From: a virus
Lineage: Duplodnaviria; Caudoviricetes
Direction: 5' to 3' (one strand)
Virus record (IMG/VR): IMGVR_UViG_3300031784_000002
Length of the DNA stretch: 64,000 bases
Within the stretch, counting starts at the first letter, position 1, and each line of letters begins with the position of its first letter. Positions 28,597-37,914 of the stretch are shown one piece after another. The notes below the pieces were generated by a model. That model had not been told where the DNA came from, ran no database searches, and was given only the letters and a program-made list of their open reading frames with translations. The translations under genes were made by a program, and so were the position numbers.

Positions 28597-29790
28597 ATGT
28601 CCCGTGGTAAGAATTTACAAGAAATGGAATCTGTTGCTACCCCCGGTCAGGGCGGTGGTGCAGGAAGCGGCACTTCACAATCCAAAACCGCTGTAAATGC
28701 TAATGCATCTGCACCGGCTTCCCCAGAAAAAAGTGCAACTCCAGTTGCAACTCCAGGTCAAACTGGTGCATGGGAAGATCTAGGAGGCCCAACTCCAGAA
28801 AATAGTCGTCCAGACGACAATTCCAATGCGTACAAAACCCCAGGTGCAACCCTTAAGCAAGTTAAGGATGTTGTAAATGCTAAAGCTTCTGCAGCTGATG
28901 CTCCTGCTACTTCTGCAACTCCAGTTGCAACACCTGGACAAGGTGGTGGAATGAAGGAAGAAGTAGAAGAAGATGAAGAGCTAGTAGAAGTTGAAGATGA
29001 AGAGGGTGGTGAAGAGGCCGAAGAAGAGGATGCGGAAGAAGTTGTAGAAGAAGATGTAGATTCCATCATCGATGAGGACGTAAATGCTCTTCTATCTGGT
29101 GAAGAAGAACTCTCCGAAGAATTTAGAGAGAAGGCAAAGCTAGTATTTGAAGCCGCCCTTCACGCCAAAACAAAAGAAATTCAATCAGTAATGGAAGAGC
29201 ACTATGCTGCTGCTCTTGCTGAAGAGATTGAAGAAATTAAACTAGAACTAACCGAGCGTGTTGATTCATACCTAGAGTATGTTTCATCCGAATGGTTAGA
29301 AGAGAATGCTCTCGCAGTTGAGAGTGGTCTCAAGACTGAGATCACCGAGTCCTTCATCAATGGTATGAAGGGACTTTTTGAAACACATTATGTATCAATG
29401 CCTGAAGAAAAATATGATGTTCTAGAGAGCATGGTAGAAAAACTTGATGAAATGGAGACAAAACTCAACGAGCAAATTCAAAAGAATATTGCTCTAAACA
29501 CGAAACTTGCTGAATCTTCTGCTGACAGAATTTTCAATCAGGTTTCCGAGGGTCTCGCGCTTTCCCAAAAGGATAAGCTTGCAAGCCTCGTAGAAAGTGT
29601 TGAGTTTGAGAGTGAAGCTGACTATTACCAGAAACTGGTAACTCTTAGGGAGTCGTACTTCCCGAGAAACGCTGGTATTCCAGCAAACGAGACGGAAAAT
29701 CTATCAGAAGAAGCGAACTTCCAGGAAGTGAATCATTCACCTTCTATGGACGCTTATCTACGTGCGCTTTCCAACGTTGCTAAAAAGTGA
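28597..29790 (+). CDS. g22: Prohead scaffold protein gp22
   Basis: EELSEEFREKAKLVFEAA, VDSYLEYV..EW, acidic coiled coil; synteny. Confidence 0.95.
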   Translation: MSRGKNLQEMESVATPGQGGGAGSGTSQSKTAVNANASAPASPEKSATPVATPGQTGAWEDLGGPTPENSRPDDNSNAYKTPGATLKQVKDVVNAKASAADAPATSATPVATPGQGGGMKEEVEEDEELVEVEDEEGGEEAEEEDAEEVVEEDVDSIIDEDVNALLSGEEELSEEFREKAKLVFEAALHAKTKEIQSVMEEHYAAALAEEIEEIKLELTERVDSYLEYVSSEWLEENALAVESGLKTEITESFINGMKGLFETHYVSMPEEKYDVLESMVEKLDEMETKLNEQIQKNIALNTKLAESSADRIFNQVSEGLALSQKDKLASLVESVEFESEADYYQKLVTLRESYFPRNAGIPANETENLSEEANFQEVNHSPSMDAYLRALSNVAKK

Positions 29791-29850
29791 TTTTTAGATA
29801 ATACTCAAACCGCAGTTCAACAACACTTTTAACAGAGGTATTAAAAACAA

Positions 29851-31245
29851 ATGGACGGAATTAATTCACAAATGTTAATGGAGAAGTGGGCTCCAGTTCT
29901 AGACTTCGACGGTCTAGGCAACATCAAAGATTCCCACAGACGTGCAGTAACTGCACAACTTCTAGAGAACCAAGAAAGAGAACTCCGTGAATCTGCTGAG
30001 TTCCTTGGCGAAGCTTCCCCAACCAACTCTGCCGGTACTGGTGGTTTTAGTGGTGGTGCTACCGCTGGTGGTCCTGTTGCCGGTTTCGACCCAGTTCTAA
30101 TCAGCCTCATTCGTCGTGCAATGCCTAACCTCATTGCTTATGACATCTGTGGCGTTCAACCAATGAGTGGTCCTACTGGACTTATCTTCGCAATGCGTTC
30201 CCGCTACGATGGTCAGTCTGGTACTGAAACCTTCTTCGATGAAGTCGATACTACCTTCTCTGGTCAGAACAACAGCCGCAACCTTGCTAACGGATTCTCT
30301 GATGGTCTCGTTGGTTTCGGTACAACCAACCAGGATGGAACTAATCCTAACGTTCTCAACCCAGTTGGAACCGCAACAACCAACCCATCACCATATAACG
30401 TTGGTCAAGGTATGACCACTGGTGATTCGGAAGCTCTTGGAGATGCTGCTGCTAATGCCTTCAATCAGATGGCATTCAGCATCGAGAAAGTTACCGTAAC
30501 CGCTAAGTCACGTGCCCTCAAGGCTGAGTACTCACTAGAGCTCGCTCAAGACCTCAAGGCTATCCACGGTCTAAACGCAGAAGCAGAACTTGCTAACATT
30601 CTCTCCACTGAGATCCTCGCTGAAATCAACAGAGAAGTTATCAGAACCATCTATAAGGTTGCTGAGCAAGGTGCTGCTGTTAACACTGCTACCGCTGGTG
30701 TATTTGACCTCGACGTTGACTCCAATGGTCGTTGGTCAGTTGAGAAGTTCAAGGGTCTACTCTTCCAGATCGAGAGAGATGCAAACGCTATCGCTCAAAG
30801 AACTCGTAGAGGAAAGGGCAACACCATCATCTGCTCCGCAGACGTTGCTTCCGCTCTAACCATGGCTGGTGTACTTGATTACACTCCTGCACTCAACGCT
30901 AACCTCAATGTTGATGACACTGGTAACACCTTCGCTGGTGTTCTCCAAGGTAAGTATCGTGTATACATTGACCCATATGCTGCTAACGTTGCTGCTGATC
31001 AGTACTACGTTGTAGGTTATAAGGGTTCTAGCGCATATGACGCTGGTATCTTCTACTGCCCATATGTTCCTCTCCAGATGGTTCGTGCCGTCGGTCAGGA
31101 CACCTTCCAACCAAAAATTGGCTTCAAGACCCGTTATGGTATTGTTGCCAACCCATTTGCAGAAGGAACCGATCAGGGACTCGGAAGACTCCGCCTCAAT
31201 GCAAACCGTTACTACAGAAGAGTCAAGGTTTCCAACCTCATGTGA
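29851..31245 (+). CDS. g23: Major capsid protein gp23
   Basis: EKWAPVL, LIRRAMPNLIAYDICGVQPM, AKSRALKAEYSLELAQDLKAIHG, FQPKIGFKTRYG. Confidence 0.99.
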   Translation: MDGINSQMLMEKWAPVLDFDGLGNIKDSHRRAVTAQLLENQERELRESAEFLGEASPTNSAGTGGFSGGATAGGPVAGFDPVLISLIRRAMPNLIAYDICGVQPMSGPTGLIFAMRSRYDGQSGTETFFDEVDTTFSGQNNSRNLANGFSDGLVGFGTTNQDGTNPNVLNPVGTATTNPSPYNVGQGMTTGDSEALGDAAANAFNQMAFSIEKVTVTAKSRALKAEYSLELAQDLKAIHGLNAEAELANILSTEILAEINREVIRTIYKVAEQGAAVNTATAGVFDLDVDSNGRWSVEKFKGLLFQIERDANAIAQRTRRGKGNTIICSADVASALTMAGVLDYTPALNANLNVDDTGNTFAGVLQGKYRVYIDPYAANVAADQYYVVGYKGSSAYDAGIFYCPYVPLQMVRAVGQDTFQPKIGFKTRYGIVANPFAEGTDQGLGRLRLNANRYYRRVKVSNLM

Positions 31246-31271
31246 TCCATTTCACAACTCTTCAGATTCAG

Positions 31272-31293
31272 GGGTCCGAAAGGACCCTTTTTT
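31272..31293 (+). terminator. Rho-independent terminator after g23
   Basis: GGGTCC-GAAA-GGACCC followed by a T-run. Confidence 0.9.
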
Positions 31294-31319
31294 ATTGCAA
31301 ATAAATAAAAGTAAAAACA

Positions 31320-31859
31320 ATGTCAGGCGCTTTTGATAAACAAATTTCAAATAGAAATTTTCTTAGTCCAGTAGGATTTAAATTTATTCTTACAAGGGCC
31401 CCGAAAGTAGATTTTTTTTCAAAATCAGCTAATGTTCCTGGTATAAATCTTGGAGTTGCAATTCAACCAACTTACTTAAAAGATATTCCAATACCTGGAG
31501 ATAAACTTGTTTTTGATGACTTTAGATTAACATTTAACATTGATGAAAATCTAGAAAATTATAACGTAGTTCAAAGTTGGATGAGGGGACTTGGTTATCC
31601 TGAAAGTATCTACGAATACACTGAATGGAAAAAAAGTGATCCAAACAATCCACAACAAGATCCAAACGTTTCGGATGGTACGTTAATTATCTACAATAGT
31701 AATTTTCAACCATCAACTTTAGTAAAATTTCAGGGAATGTTTCCAACTTCCCTGTCTGATATTGAATTTGATTCGACTGCTGCAGATGTGCAGTATGCGG
31801 TTGCTACGGTAACCTTTAAGTATGTTCTTTATAAAATCATGCCTTATGAACCTGGATGA
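31320..31859 (+). CDS. g3: Tail completion/sheath stabiliser gp3
   Basis: NRNFLSPVGFKF, VPGINLG, IPIPGDKL.FDDF.L.F.IDENL.NY. Confidence 0.9.
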   Translation: MSGAFDKQISNRNFLSPVGFKFILTRAPKVDFFSKSANVPGINLGVAIQPTYLKDIPIPGDKLVFDDFRLTFNIDENLENYNVVQSWMRGLGYPESIYEYTEWKKSDPNNPQQDPNVSDGTLIIYNSNFQPSTLVKFQGMFPTSLSDIEFDSTAADVQYAVATVTFKYVLYKIMPYEPG

Positions 31860-32274
31860 AATTCAAACCCTTTGGGAAGAAGATTCAAAAATTGATGAAG
31901 ACAATCTCCACACAGAATCCGTAAAAATTCCAAGTCTTCATGCAAAATATTATAAGATCTTTAATAATATTTTAACTCTTAAAAAAGCACAAGAGAACAA
32001 ATATAAGATTCTAAAGAAAGAAAAATGGCAGTATTACACTGGTAAAGCAGAACCAGATGTTTATATAGAAAAACCTTTTGATCATAAGGTACTTAAACCG
32101 GATTTAGACAAGTATTTGGATGCTGATGAAGACTTAATTAAGTGCCAGACTAAGATTGAGTATTATCAAATGATGCTCAATTATCTGGAGAGCATTCTTA
32201 AAACTATATTAAATAGAACATATCAGCTGAAAAATGCGATTGAGTGGCAGAAATTTATTAGAGGATATGACTGA
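31846..32274 (+). CDS. uvsY: Recombination mediator UvsY
   Basis: IPSLHAKY, YYTGKA, R.YQLKNAIEW.KF..G; synteny with uvsW. Confidence 0.9.
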   Translation: MNLDEIQTLWEEDSKIDEDNLHTESVKIPSLHAKYYKIFNNILTLKKAQENKYKILKKEKWQYYTGKAEPDVYIEKPFDHKVLKPDLDKYLDADEDLIKCQTKIEYYQMMLNYLESILKTILNRTYQLKNAIEWQKFIRGYD

Positions 32275-33730
32275 TATTGTAATTGCGAAGAAAAATGAAG
32301 TATTCCTGAAGATAGAAGCAGAACCACATATCTATCAAGAACTTTCAGAACACTTTACCTTTGATGTACCTGGTGCAAAATTTATGCCTCAGTACAGGAG
32401 TAAGTATTGGGATGGAAAGATTCGTCTTTTCTCGACACATACAGGAGAGATTTATGTTGGTCTCCTGGATAAAGTTGTTTCTTGGGCTAAAAAGTGGGGC
32501 TATCAAATAGAATTTAAGAATAACAAATTCTATGGAACTCCGTTAGAAGAGAATGAAATGATCTCTTATGAAGGGGTCAAAGATTATATGACTAGTATTT
32601 CTAAACACAAACCACGAGATTATCAAGTAGATGCAGTTTATGATGCACTCAGATATAATCGCAAACTTTTAATTTCACCGACTGCTTCTGGTAAGTCACT
32701 GATGATTTATTCAATTGTCAGATACTTTGCAGAAAGAAATCAGAAGACCCTCCTAGTGGTCCCTACAACGTCTCTGGTTGAACAGATGTTCAAAGACTTC
32801 CAGGACTATGGATGGAACGCAGAGGACTACTGCCACCGCATCTACAGTGGTCGTGAGAAGACGAATGAATATCCTGTAGTCATCACAACTTGGCAGTCAA
32901 TTTACAAGCTCCCTAGAGGTTTTTATGACTCATTTGATGTAGTCATTGGAGATGAGGCTCACCAATTCAAATCCAAATCTTTAGTCGGTATCATGACTAA
33001 AATGGACAACACCAAATACAGGTTTGGTTTTACTGGTACTCTTGATGGCACTCAAACACATAAATGGGTATTAGAAGGCTTGTTTGGTCCGTCTTACAAA
33101 GTTACTCAGACAAAAGAGTTAATTGATAAGGGACATCTTTCCAAACTTCAAATTAAAATTATTATTCTCAAACATAATCCTCAAACATTTGAAAACTTTG
33201 AAGATGAAGTTCAATTTATTATTGGACATCCAAAACGAAATAAGTTCATTAAAAACCTTGCATTAGATTTGAAAGGTAACACTCTTATTCTTTTTTCCAG
33301 AGTTGAATCTCACGGTCAACCTTTATATGAATCAATAAATAACTCAGTCAAGGATGGACGTAAAGTATTTTATGTTCATGGTGGAGTAGATGCAGAAGAA
33401 AGAGAGTTAGTTAGAGAGATTACAGAAAGAGAACAAAATGCAATTATTGTGGCTTCATATGGTACGTTTAGTACAGGAATTAACATTAAGAATTTACATA
33501 ATGTTATTTTTGCTTCACCTTCGAAGTCTAGAATCCGTAATCTCCAATCAATCGGCAGAGTATTGAGAAAAGGCGATAATAAAACTCAAGCAGTTCTCTA
33601 TGATATTGCTGACGATTGTACTAAAAATTCAAGAAAAAATTATACCCTTAATCACTTAATAGAAAGAGTTAAAATTTATAATGAAGAAAATTTCAATTAC
33701 GAATTTATCCAGGTAAACTTAAAAGAATGA
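32267..33730 (+). CDS. uvsW: SF2 RNA-DNA/DNA helicase UvsW
   Basis: SPTASGKS, DEAH, TGT, GINI, LQSIGRVLR. Confidence 0.97.
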   Translation: MTDIVIAKKNEVFLKIEAEPHIYQELSEHFTFDVPGAKFMPQYRSKYWDGKIRLFSTHTGEIYVGLLDKVVSWAKKWGYQIEFKNNKFYGTPLEENEMISYEGVKDYMTSISKHKPRDYQVDAVYDALRYNRKLLISPTASGKSLMIYSIVRYFAERNQKTLLVVPTTSLVEQMFKDFQDYGWNAEDYCHRIYSGREKTNEYPVVITTWQSIYKLPRGFYDSFDVVIGDEAHQFKSKSLVGIMTKMDNTKYRFGFTGTLDGTQTHKWVLEGLFGPSYKVTQTKELIDKGHLSKLQIKIIILKHNPQTFENFEDEVQFIIGHPKRNKFIKNLALDLKGNTLILFSRVESHGQPLYESINNSVKDGRKVFYVHGGVDAEERELVREITEREQNAIIVASYGTFSTGINIKNLHNVIFASPSKSRIRNLQSIGRVLRKGDNKTQAVLYDIADDCTKNSRKNYTLNHLIERVKIYNEENFNYEFIQVNLKE

Positions 33731-34137
33731 TGGAAGAAGATTTCTATGCGGTCATTAAATTAATTTCTGGAGAAGAAATATTTTCTATTGTTTGTCCGTC
33801 TGAAGAAGATGAAAAAACAATGTTAATATTAAACAATCCGGTCACAATCGAAGTGATTGTCATGAAACAGATTGGTATGCAAGGATATAAAATAGATCCT
33901 TGGCTTAAATTTGCTGATGATGATACATTTTTACTAGATATTGATAAAGTTCTTACTATCAGTGAAGTTCGTGATCAAGAAACAATTGATATGTATCACA
34001 AATTTATAAAACAACAACAAAACAAAAACTCAAAAACACCATTGAGTGCAGAGATGGGATATTTATCGTCAGTGTCTGAAGCCAGAAAAAGATTTGAAAA
34101 GTTGTATAGAGGCCAATCAGATATTAAAGATAGCTAA
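33727..34137 (+). CDS. Hypothetical protein, Sm-like fold family
   Basis: IKLISGEEI...L.NP...PW motif shared with three other small ORFs in the window. Confidence 0.55.
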   Translation: MMEEDFYAVIKLISGEEIFSIVCPSEEDEKTMLILNNPVTIEVIVMKQIGMQGYKIDPWLKFADDDTFLLDIDKVLTISEVRDQETIDMYHKFIKQQQNKNSKTPLSAEMGYLSSVSEARKRFEKLYRGQSDIKDS

Positions 34138-34181
34138 TCTTTGAAACTCCACAGAGTAATTGTACCAATTTTTACTGGGTA

Positions 34182-34210
34182 TTGTCAATAGCCGAACATT
34201 CTGTTATAAT
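34182..34210 (+). promoter_or_regulatory. Host sigma70-type (middle) promoter for g55
   Basis: TTGTCA-17 nt-TATAAT. Confidence 0.8.
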
Positions 34211-34241
34211 AAGAACATCTAATAACAGCAGGACTCATGAA

Positions 34242-34721
34242 ATGCAGGCACCTAAAAGAAAAAGATCAGAACATTATGTAAACAATAAAGAATTTCTTGA
34301 AGCAATATGCGAGTATAAAAGGAAAGTTAAGGTAGCTGCGGAAAACGGAGATCCCAAACCTCGTATCACAAATTACTTGGGAGAGTGTTTTCTAAAAATT
34401 GCTACTCACTTATCGTATAAACCAAATTTTGTCAACTATATGTTCCGTGAGGACATGATTTGTGATGGAATTGAAAATTGCGTTCAGTATATTCACAACT
34501 TTAATCCAGAGAAGTCTTCAAATCCTTTTGCGTACTTCACTCAAATTATTCACTATGCATTTTTGAGAAGAATTCAAAAAGAGAAAAAACAGATGGAGAT
34601 TCGTTCTAAAATTATTGAACGGTCTGGATATGATGAAGTGTTTACCGTAGATGGTGACGGAATTGATGCCGCGGAGTATAATAGTATTAAAGATGCAATT
34701 CAAACAAAAATGTATCAATGA
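34242..34721 (+). CDS. g55: Late-transcription sigma factor gp55
   Basis: HYVNNKEF, YLGECFLKIA, NYMFREDMICDG.ENC, NPFAYFTQI. Confidence 0.96.
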   Translation: MQAPKRKRSEHYVNNKEFLEAICEYKRKVKVAAENGDPKPRITNYLGECFLKIATHLSYKPNFVNYMFREDMICDGIENCVQYIHNFNPEKSSNPFAYFTQIIHYAFLRRIQKEKKQMEIRSKIIERSGYDEVFTVDGDGIDAAEYNSIKDAIQTKMYQ

Positions 34722-35764
34722 CTTTAATTGCTTGTATAACTGACACTCATTATGGTGCTAGAAAGGGAAGTAAAACATTTCATGATTACTTTAAGAAGTT
34801 TTATGAGAATGTATTTTTTCCTGAACTAGAGAAAAGAAATATTAAACATTGTATTCACTTAGGTGATGCATTTGATAGTCGTAAGTCTATTGATTTTTGG
34901 TGTCTAAACTGGGCCAAAGAAAATGTTTATGATAAGTTCCGCGATCTAGGTATTACAGTATACCAAATTGTAGGAAATCATGACGCATATTATAAAAATA
35001 CCAATGAAGTCAACTCGATTGAGTCCCTGCTAAGAGAGTATGACAACATTGTACCTATCTCAAGTCCTGGGGAATATGAAGTTGCAGGACTTGACACATT
35101 TATGATTCCTTGGATTTCTCCTGAGAATCGTGATGAAACTTTAGAGAAGATGTCAAAAACCAAAGCGAAAGCCGCATTTGGACATCTAGAACTGAATGGA
35201 TTCAGTGTATATCCTGGAAATGTCCAACAACATGGAATGGATGTAAATGTTTTTGATAAGTTCAGAATCGTCTGTTCTGGACACTATCACACTCGTTCTA
35301 ATAATGGTAAAGTATTTTATCTTGGAAATTCCTATCAACTTTACTGGAATGATGTTGATGATAAACGAGGTTTCAACTTCTTTGATACTGAGACTTTTGA
35401 ATTGGAGTTCGTTCAGAATCCTTATAATATGTTTGAAAGGATTTATTATGAAGATCAGAATTCAAAATTATTTAATACAACATCCTGTAAAGATAAGATT
35501 GTAAAGATTGTTGTCCGCAAAAAGTCCGATCAACTGGCATTCGAAAAGTTTGTAGATAAAATTTACAAGACTGGAGTTGTAGACATTAAGATTGTTGAAA
35601 ACTTCGAAGTCAATGATGATGATGTTGACTTTGATCAGGAAAAGATTGAGGATACGATCACCATTTTAAATAAATATGTTGAGGACTCTGATTTTGATCT
35701 AGATAAAGAAAAGGTCAAAAAACTTTTGCGAGAGGTCTATCAAGAAGCTTGCGAAATAGAATAA
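34718..35764 (+). CDS. g47: Recombination endonuclease subunit gp47 (Mre11/SbcD-like)
   Basis: DTHYG, HLGD.FD, GNHD, GHLE, SGHYH metallophosphoesterase motifs. Confidence 0.96.
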   Translation: MTLIACITDTHYGARKGSKTFHDYFKKFYENVFFPELEKRNIKHCIHLGDAFDSRKSIDFWCLNWAKENVYDKFRDLGITVYQIVGNHDAYYKNTNEVNSIESLLREYDNIVPISSPGEYEVAGLDTFMIPWISPENRDETLEKMSKTKAKAAFGHLELNGFSVYPGNVQQHGMDVNVFDKFRIVCSGHYHTRSNNGKVFYLGNSYQLYWNDVDDKRGFNFFDTETFELEFVQNPYNMFERIYYEDQNSKLFNTTSCKDKIVKIVVRKKSDQLAFEKFVDKIYKTGVVDIKIVENFEVNDDDVDFDQEKIEDTITILNKYVEDSDFDLDKEKVKKLLREVYQEACEIE

Positions 35765-35766
35765 GT

Positions 35767-36042
35767 ATGTACATGATCACGCCATATGGAGATGAAGACG
35801 GTGCTTATGCCGTTTCGAATGACTATGGCGAAAAAACATTATACTTTTTTCAGGATGAAGACGACGCAGAGAGATTTGCCGGTCTTTTAGAGGCTGACGA
35901 TCATCCTGAAATGGAAGTAGTTGAAGTAGATCCAGAACTTGCAATTAAAGCGTGTCACCAGTATAATTACAAATACGCTATCATTACCCCTGATGACTTT
36001 GTGATTCCTCCTAGAAAATATGATATTGTTCAAAACGATTAA
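35767..36042 (+). CDS. DUF3110-like protein
   Basis: FFQDEDDAERFAGLLEADDHP...VE resembles the cyanobacterial DUF3110 core (FE.EDDA.RYA.LLEAQDFP). Confidence 0.55.
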   Translation: MYMITPYGDEDGAYAVSNDYGEKTLYFFQDEDDAERFAGLLEADDHPEMEVVEVDPELAIKACHQYNYKYAIITPDDFVIPPRKYDIVQND

Positions 36043-37738
36043 GTGGCGTAATTTTCTTTCTACTGGAAATCAGTTTACAGAAGTAGATTTTCAAGACGCT
36101 AAGACAAATTTGATTGTCGGTACTAATGGTTCCGGTAAGAGTACGATTTTGGATGCTCTTACCTTTGTTTTGTATAACAAACCATTCCGAAAAATCAACA
36201 AACCTCAACTCATTAATTCTGTTAATGAGAAAGATTGTCTGGTGGAGATTGAATTCTCTATCGGAAATAAGGAGTATAAAGTTGTCCGAGGTATCAAACC
36301 AAATATTTTTGAGATATGGATTGATGGTAAAGTTCAGGACCAAGATTCTGCAGCCCAAGATCAACAAAAGAAACTTGAAGAAGGTATTCTGAAACTTAAC
36401 TATAAGTCATTTACTCAGACGGTCATTCTGGGATCGGCTACATTTGTTCCATTCATGCAGTTGACCTCTTCTAATCGTAGAGAGATTGTGGAAGATCTTC
36501 TTGATATTAAGATTTTTTCTACGATGAACAACATCCTAAAAGATAGGATGCGTAGAACAAATGAACTCATTCGTGAATATTCAATCAAGAAAGATATGAT
36601 TGAAGATAAAATTGAGATGCAAGAAAGTTTTATTAAGGATCTTGATAAGAGTGGAAAGGATCGTATTCAGAAAAAGAGAGATAGTATTCAAACCATTGAA
36701 AATGAAATTGATGAATTGAATACTGATAATGAATCTACTTTGGTCATGATTGAAACGGAACTTCAACCAAAGTTAGAAGAACTTAACAATACTAACTCAA
36801 CTCTGAAAAAACTCAGTACCATCAAGGCAAAACTGGAACAAAAGATACAACTTTTAGTATCTGATCATAAGTTTTTCCAAGAAAATTCGGTTTGCCCCAC
36901 ATGCACTCAAAGTATTGAAAATGAATTTCGCTTAAATAAGATTGCCGATATCGAGGAGAAATCCAAAGAACTCAATGACGGATACCGAGAGTTGGAGGAT
37001 GCAATCAATGTAGAACAGGAAAAAGACAAACAATTTTTATCTTATTCTACGGAGATCAACAGACTCAACAATGACATTTCCCACAACAATGTTAAAATTA
37101 CTGGGCTTAACAAACAAATCCGAAATCTTGGACATGAAATTCAAGAAATTACCGAACAAATTCAAAATCGAAATACTGAACGTCAAGCCCTTGAAAACTT
37201 AATACAAGATCTTGAAACATTAGAAAAAGAAAGATCTGCAGAAAAGGAACAAGTTAATTATTACGAGTTCGCTCATTCATTGATGAAAGATGGTGGAGTA
37301 AAGTCCAAGATCATCAAAAAGTATCTGCCTCTTATGAATCAGCAGATAAACAAGTATTTACAGATGATGGATTTTTACATCAACTTCACATTGGATGAGG
37401 AGTTTAAGGAGGTTATCAAGTCACCAGTTCATGAAGATTTTAGTTATGAGTCATTTAGTGAAGGTGAGAAGATGCGTATTGACCTTTCTCTTTTGTTTAC
37501 CTGGCGGGACATTGCCAAACTTAGAAACTCGGCCAGTACAAATCTTCTCATCTTAGATGAAATCTTTGATAGTTCTTTGGATGGTGCAGGAACAGACTTC
37601 TTCACAAATATTGTTCGTTATGTAATTCAGGACGCTCATGTGTTCGTTATCTCACACAAGACCGACGATCTCATGGACAAATTTGACAGGGTGATGAAAT
37701 TTGATAAAGTAAAAGGGTTCAGTAAACTAGTGTCATGA
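36020..37738 (+). CDS. g46: Recombination ATPase gp46 (Rad50/SbcC-like)
   Basis: GTNGSGKST, CPTC zinc hook, FSEGE signature, LILDEIFDSSLD, ISH. Confidence 0.97.
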   Translation: MILFKTIKWRNFLSTGNQFTEVDFQDAKTNLIVGTNGSGKSTILDALTFVLYNKPFRKINKPQLINSVNEKDCLVEIEFSIGNKEYKVVRGIKPNIFEIWIDGKVQDQDSAAQDQQKKLEEGILKLNYKSFTQTVILGSATFVPFMQLTSSNRREIVEDLLDIKIFSTMNNILKDRMRRTNELIREYSIKKDMIEDKIEMQESFIKDLDKSGKDRIQKKRDSIQTIENEIDELNTDNESTLVMIETELQPKLEELNNTNSTLKKLSTIKAKLEQKIQLLVSDHKFFQENSVCPTCTQSIENEFRLNKIADIEEKSKELNDGYRELEDAINVEQEKDKQFLSYSTEINRLNNDISHNNVKITGLNKQIRNLGHEIQEITEQIQNRNTERQALENLIQDLETLEKERSAEKEQVNYYEFAHSLMKDGGVKSKIIKKYLPLMNQQINKYLQMMDFYINFTLDEEFKEVIKSPVHEDFSYESFSEGEKMRIDLSLLFTWRDIAKLRNSASTNLLILDEIFDSSLDGAGTDFFTNIVRYVIQDAHVFVISHKTDDLMDKFDRVMKFDKVKGFSKLVS

Positions 37739-37914
37739 CCACACCAAACTGGCAACACAACTCTGGGAAACCCCAGAAACGAAAACTTAAACCGCAAGCA
37801 CTGCGCCAGGCAAAAGCACGACTGGCCCAGTTCAAAAAGCGTCACATGAACCGCTCCAATGGGGCGGTTTCTTCGTATTATGGCTGCATACGAAACGAAA
37901 TCCATGCCTGTTAA
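37735..37914 (+). CDS. Small basic hypothetical protein (59 aa)
   Basis: ATGA overlap with g46; MTTPNWQHNSGKPQKRKLKPQALRQAKARLAQFKK... Its 3' half overlaps the early regulatory element. Confidence 0.5.
   Translation: MTTPNWQHNSGKPQKRKLKPQALRQAKARLAQFKKRHMNRSNGAVSSYYGCIRNEIHAC
37827..37881 (+). promoter_or_regulatory. Putative early-promoter element CCAGTT-N4-AANNGTCAC-N30-TATTAT (copy 1)
   Basis: Same architecture and spacing as 44709-44763. Confidence 0.65.
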
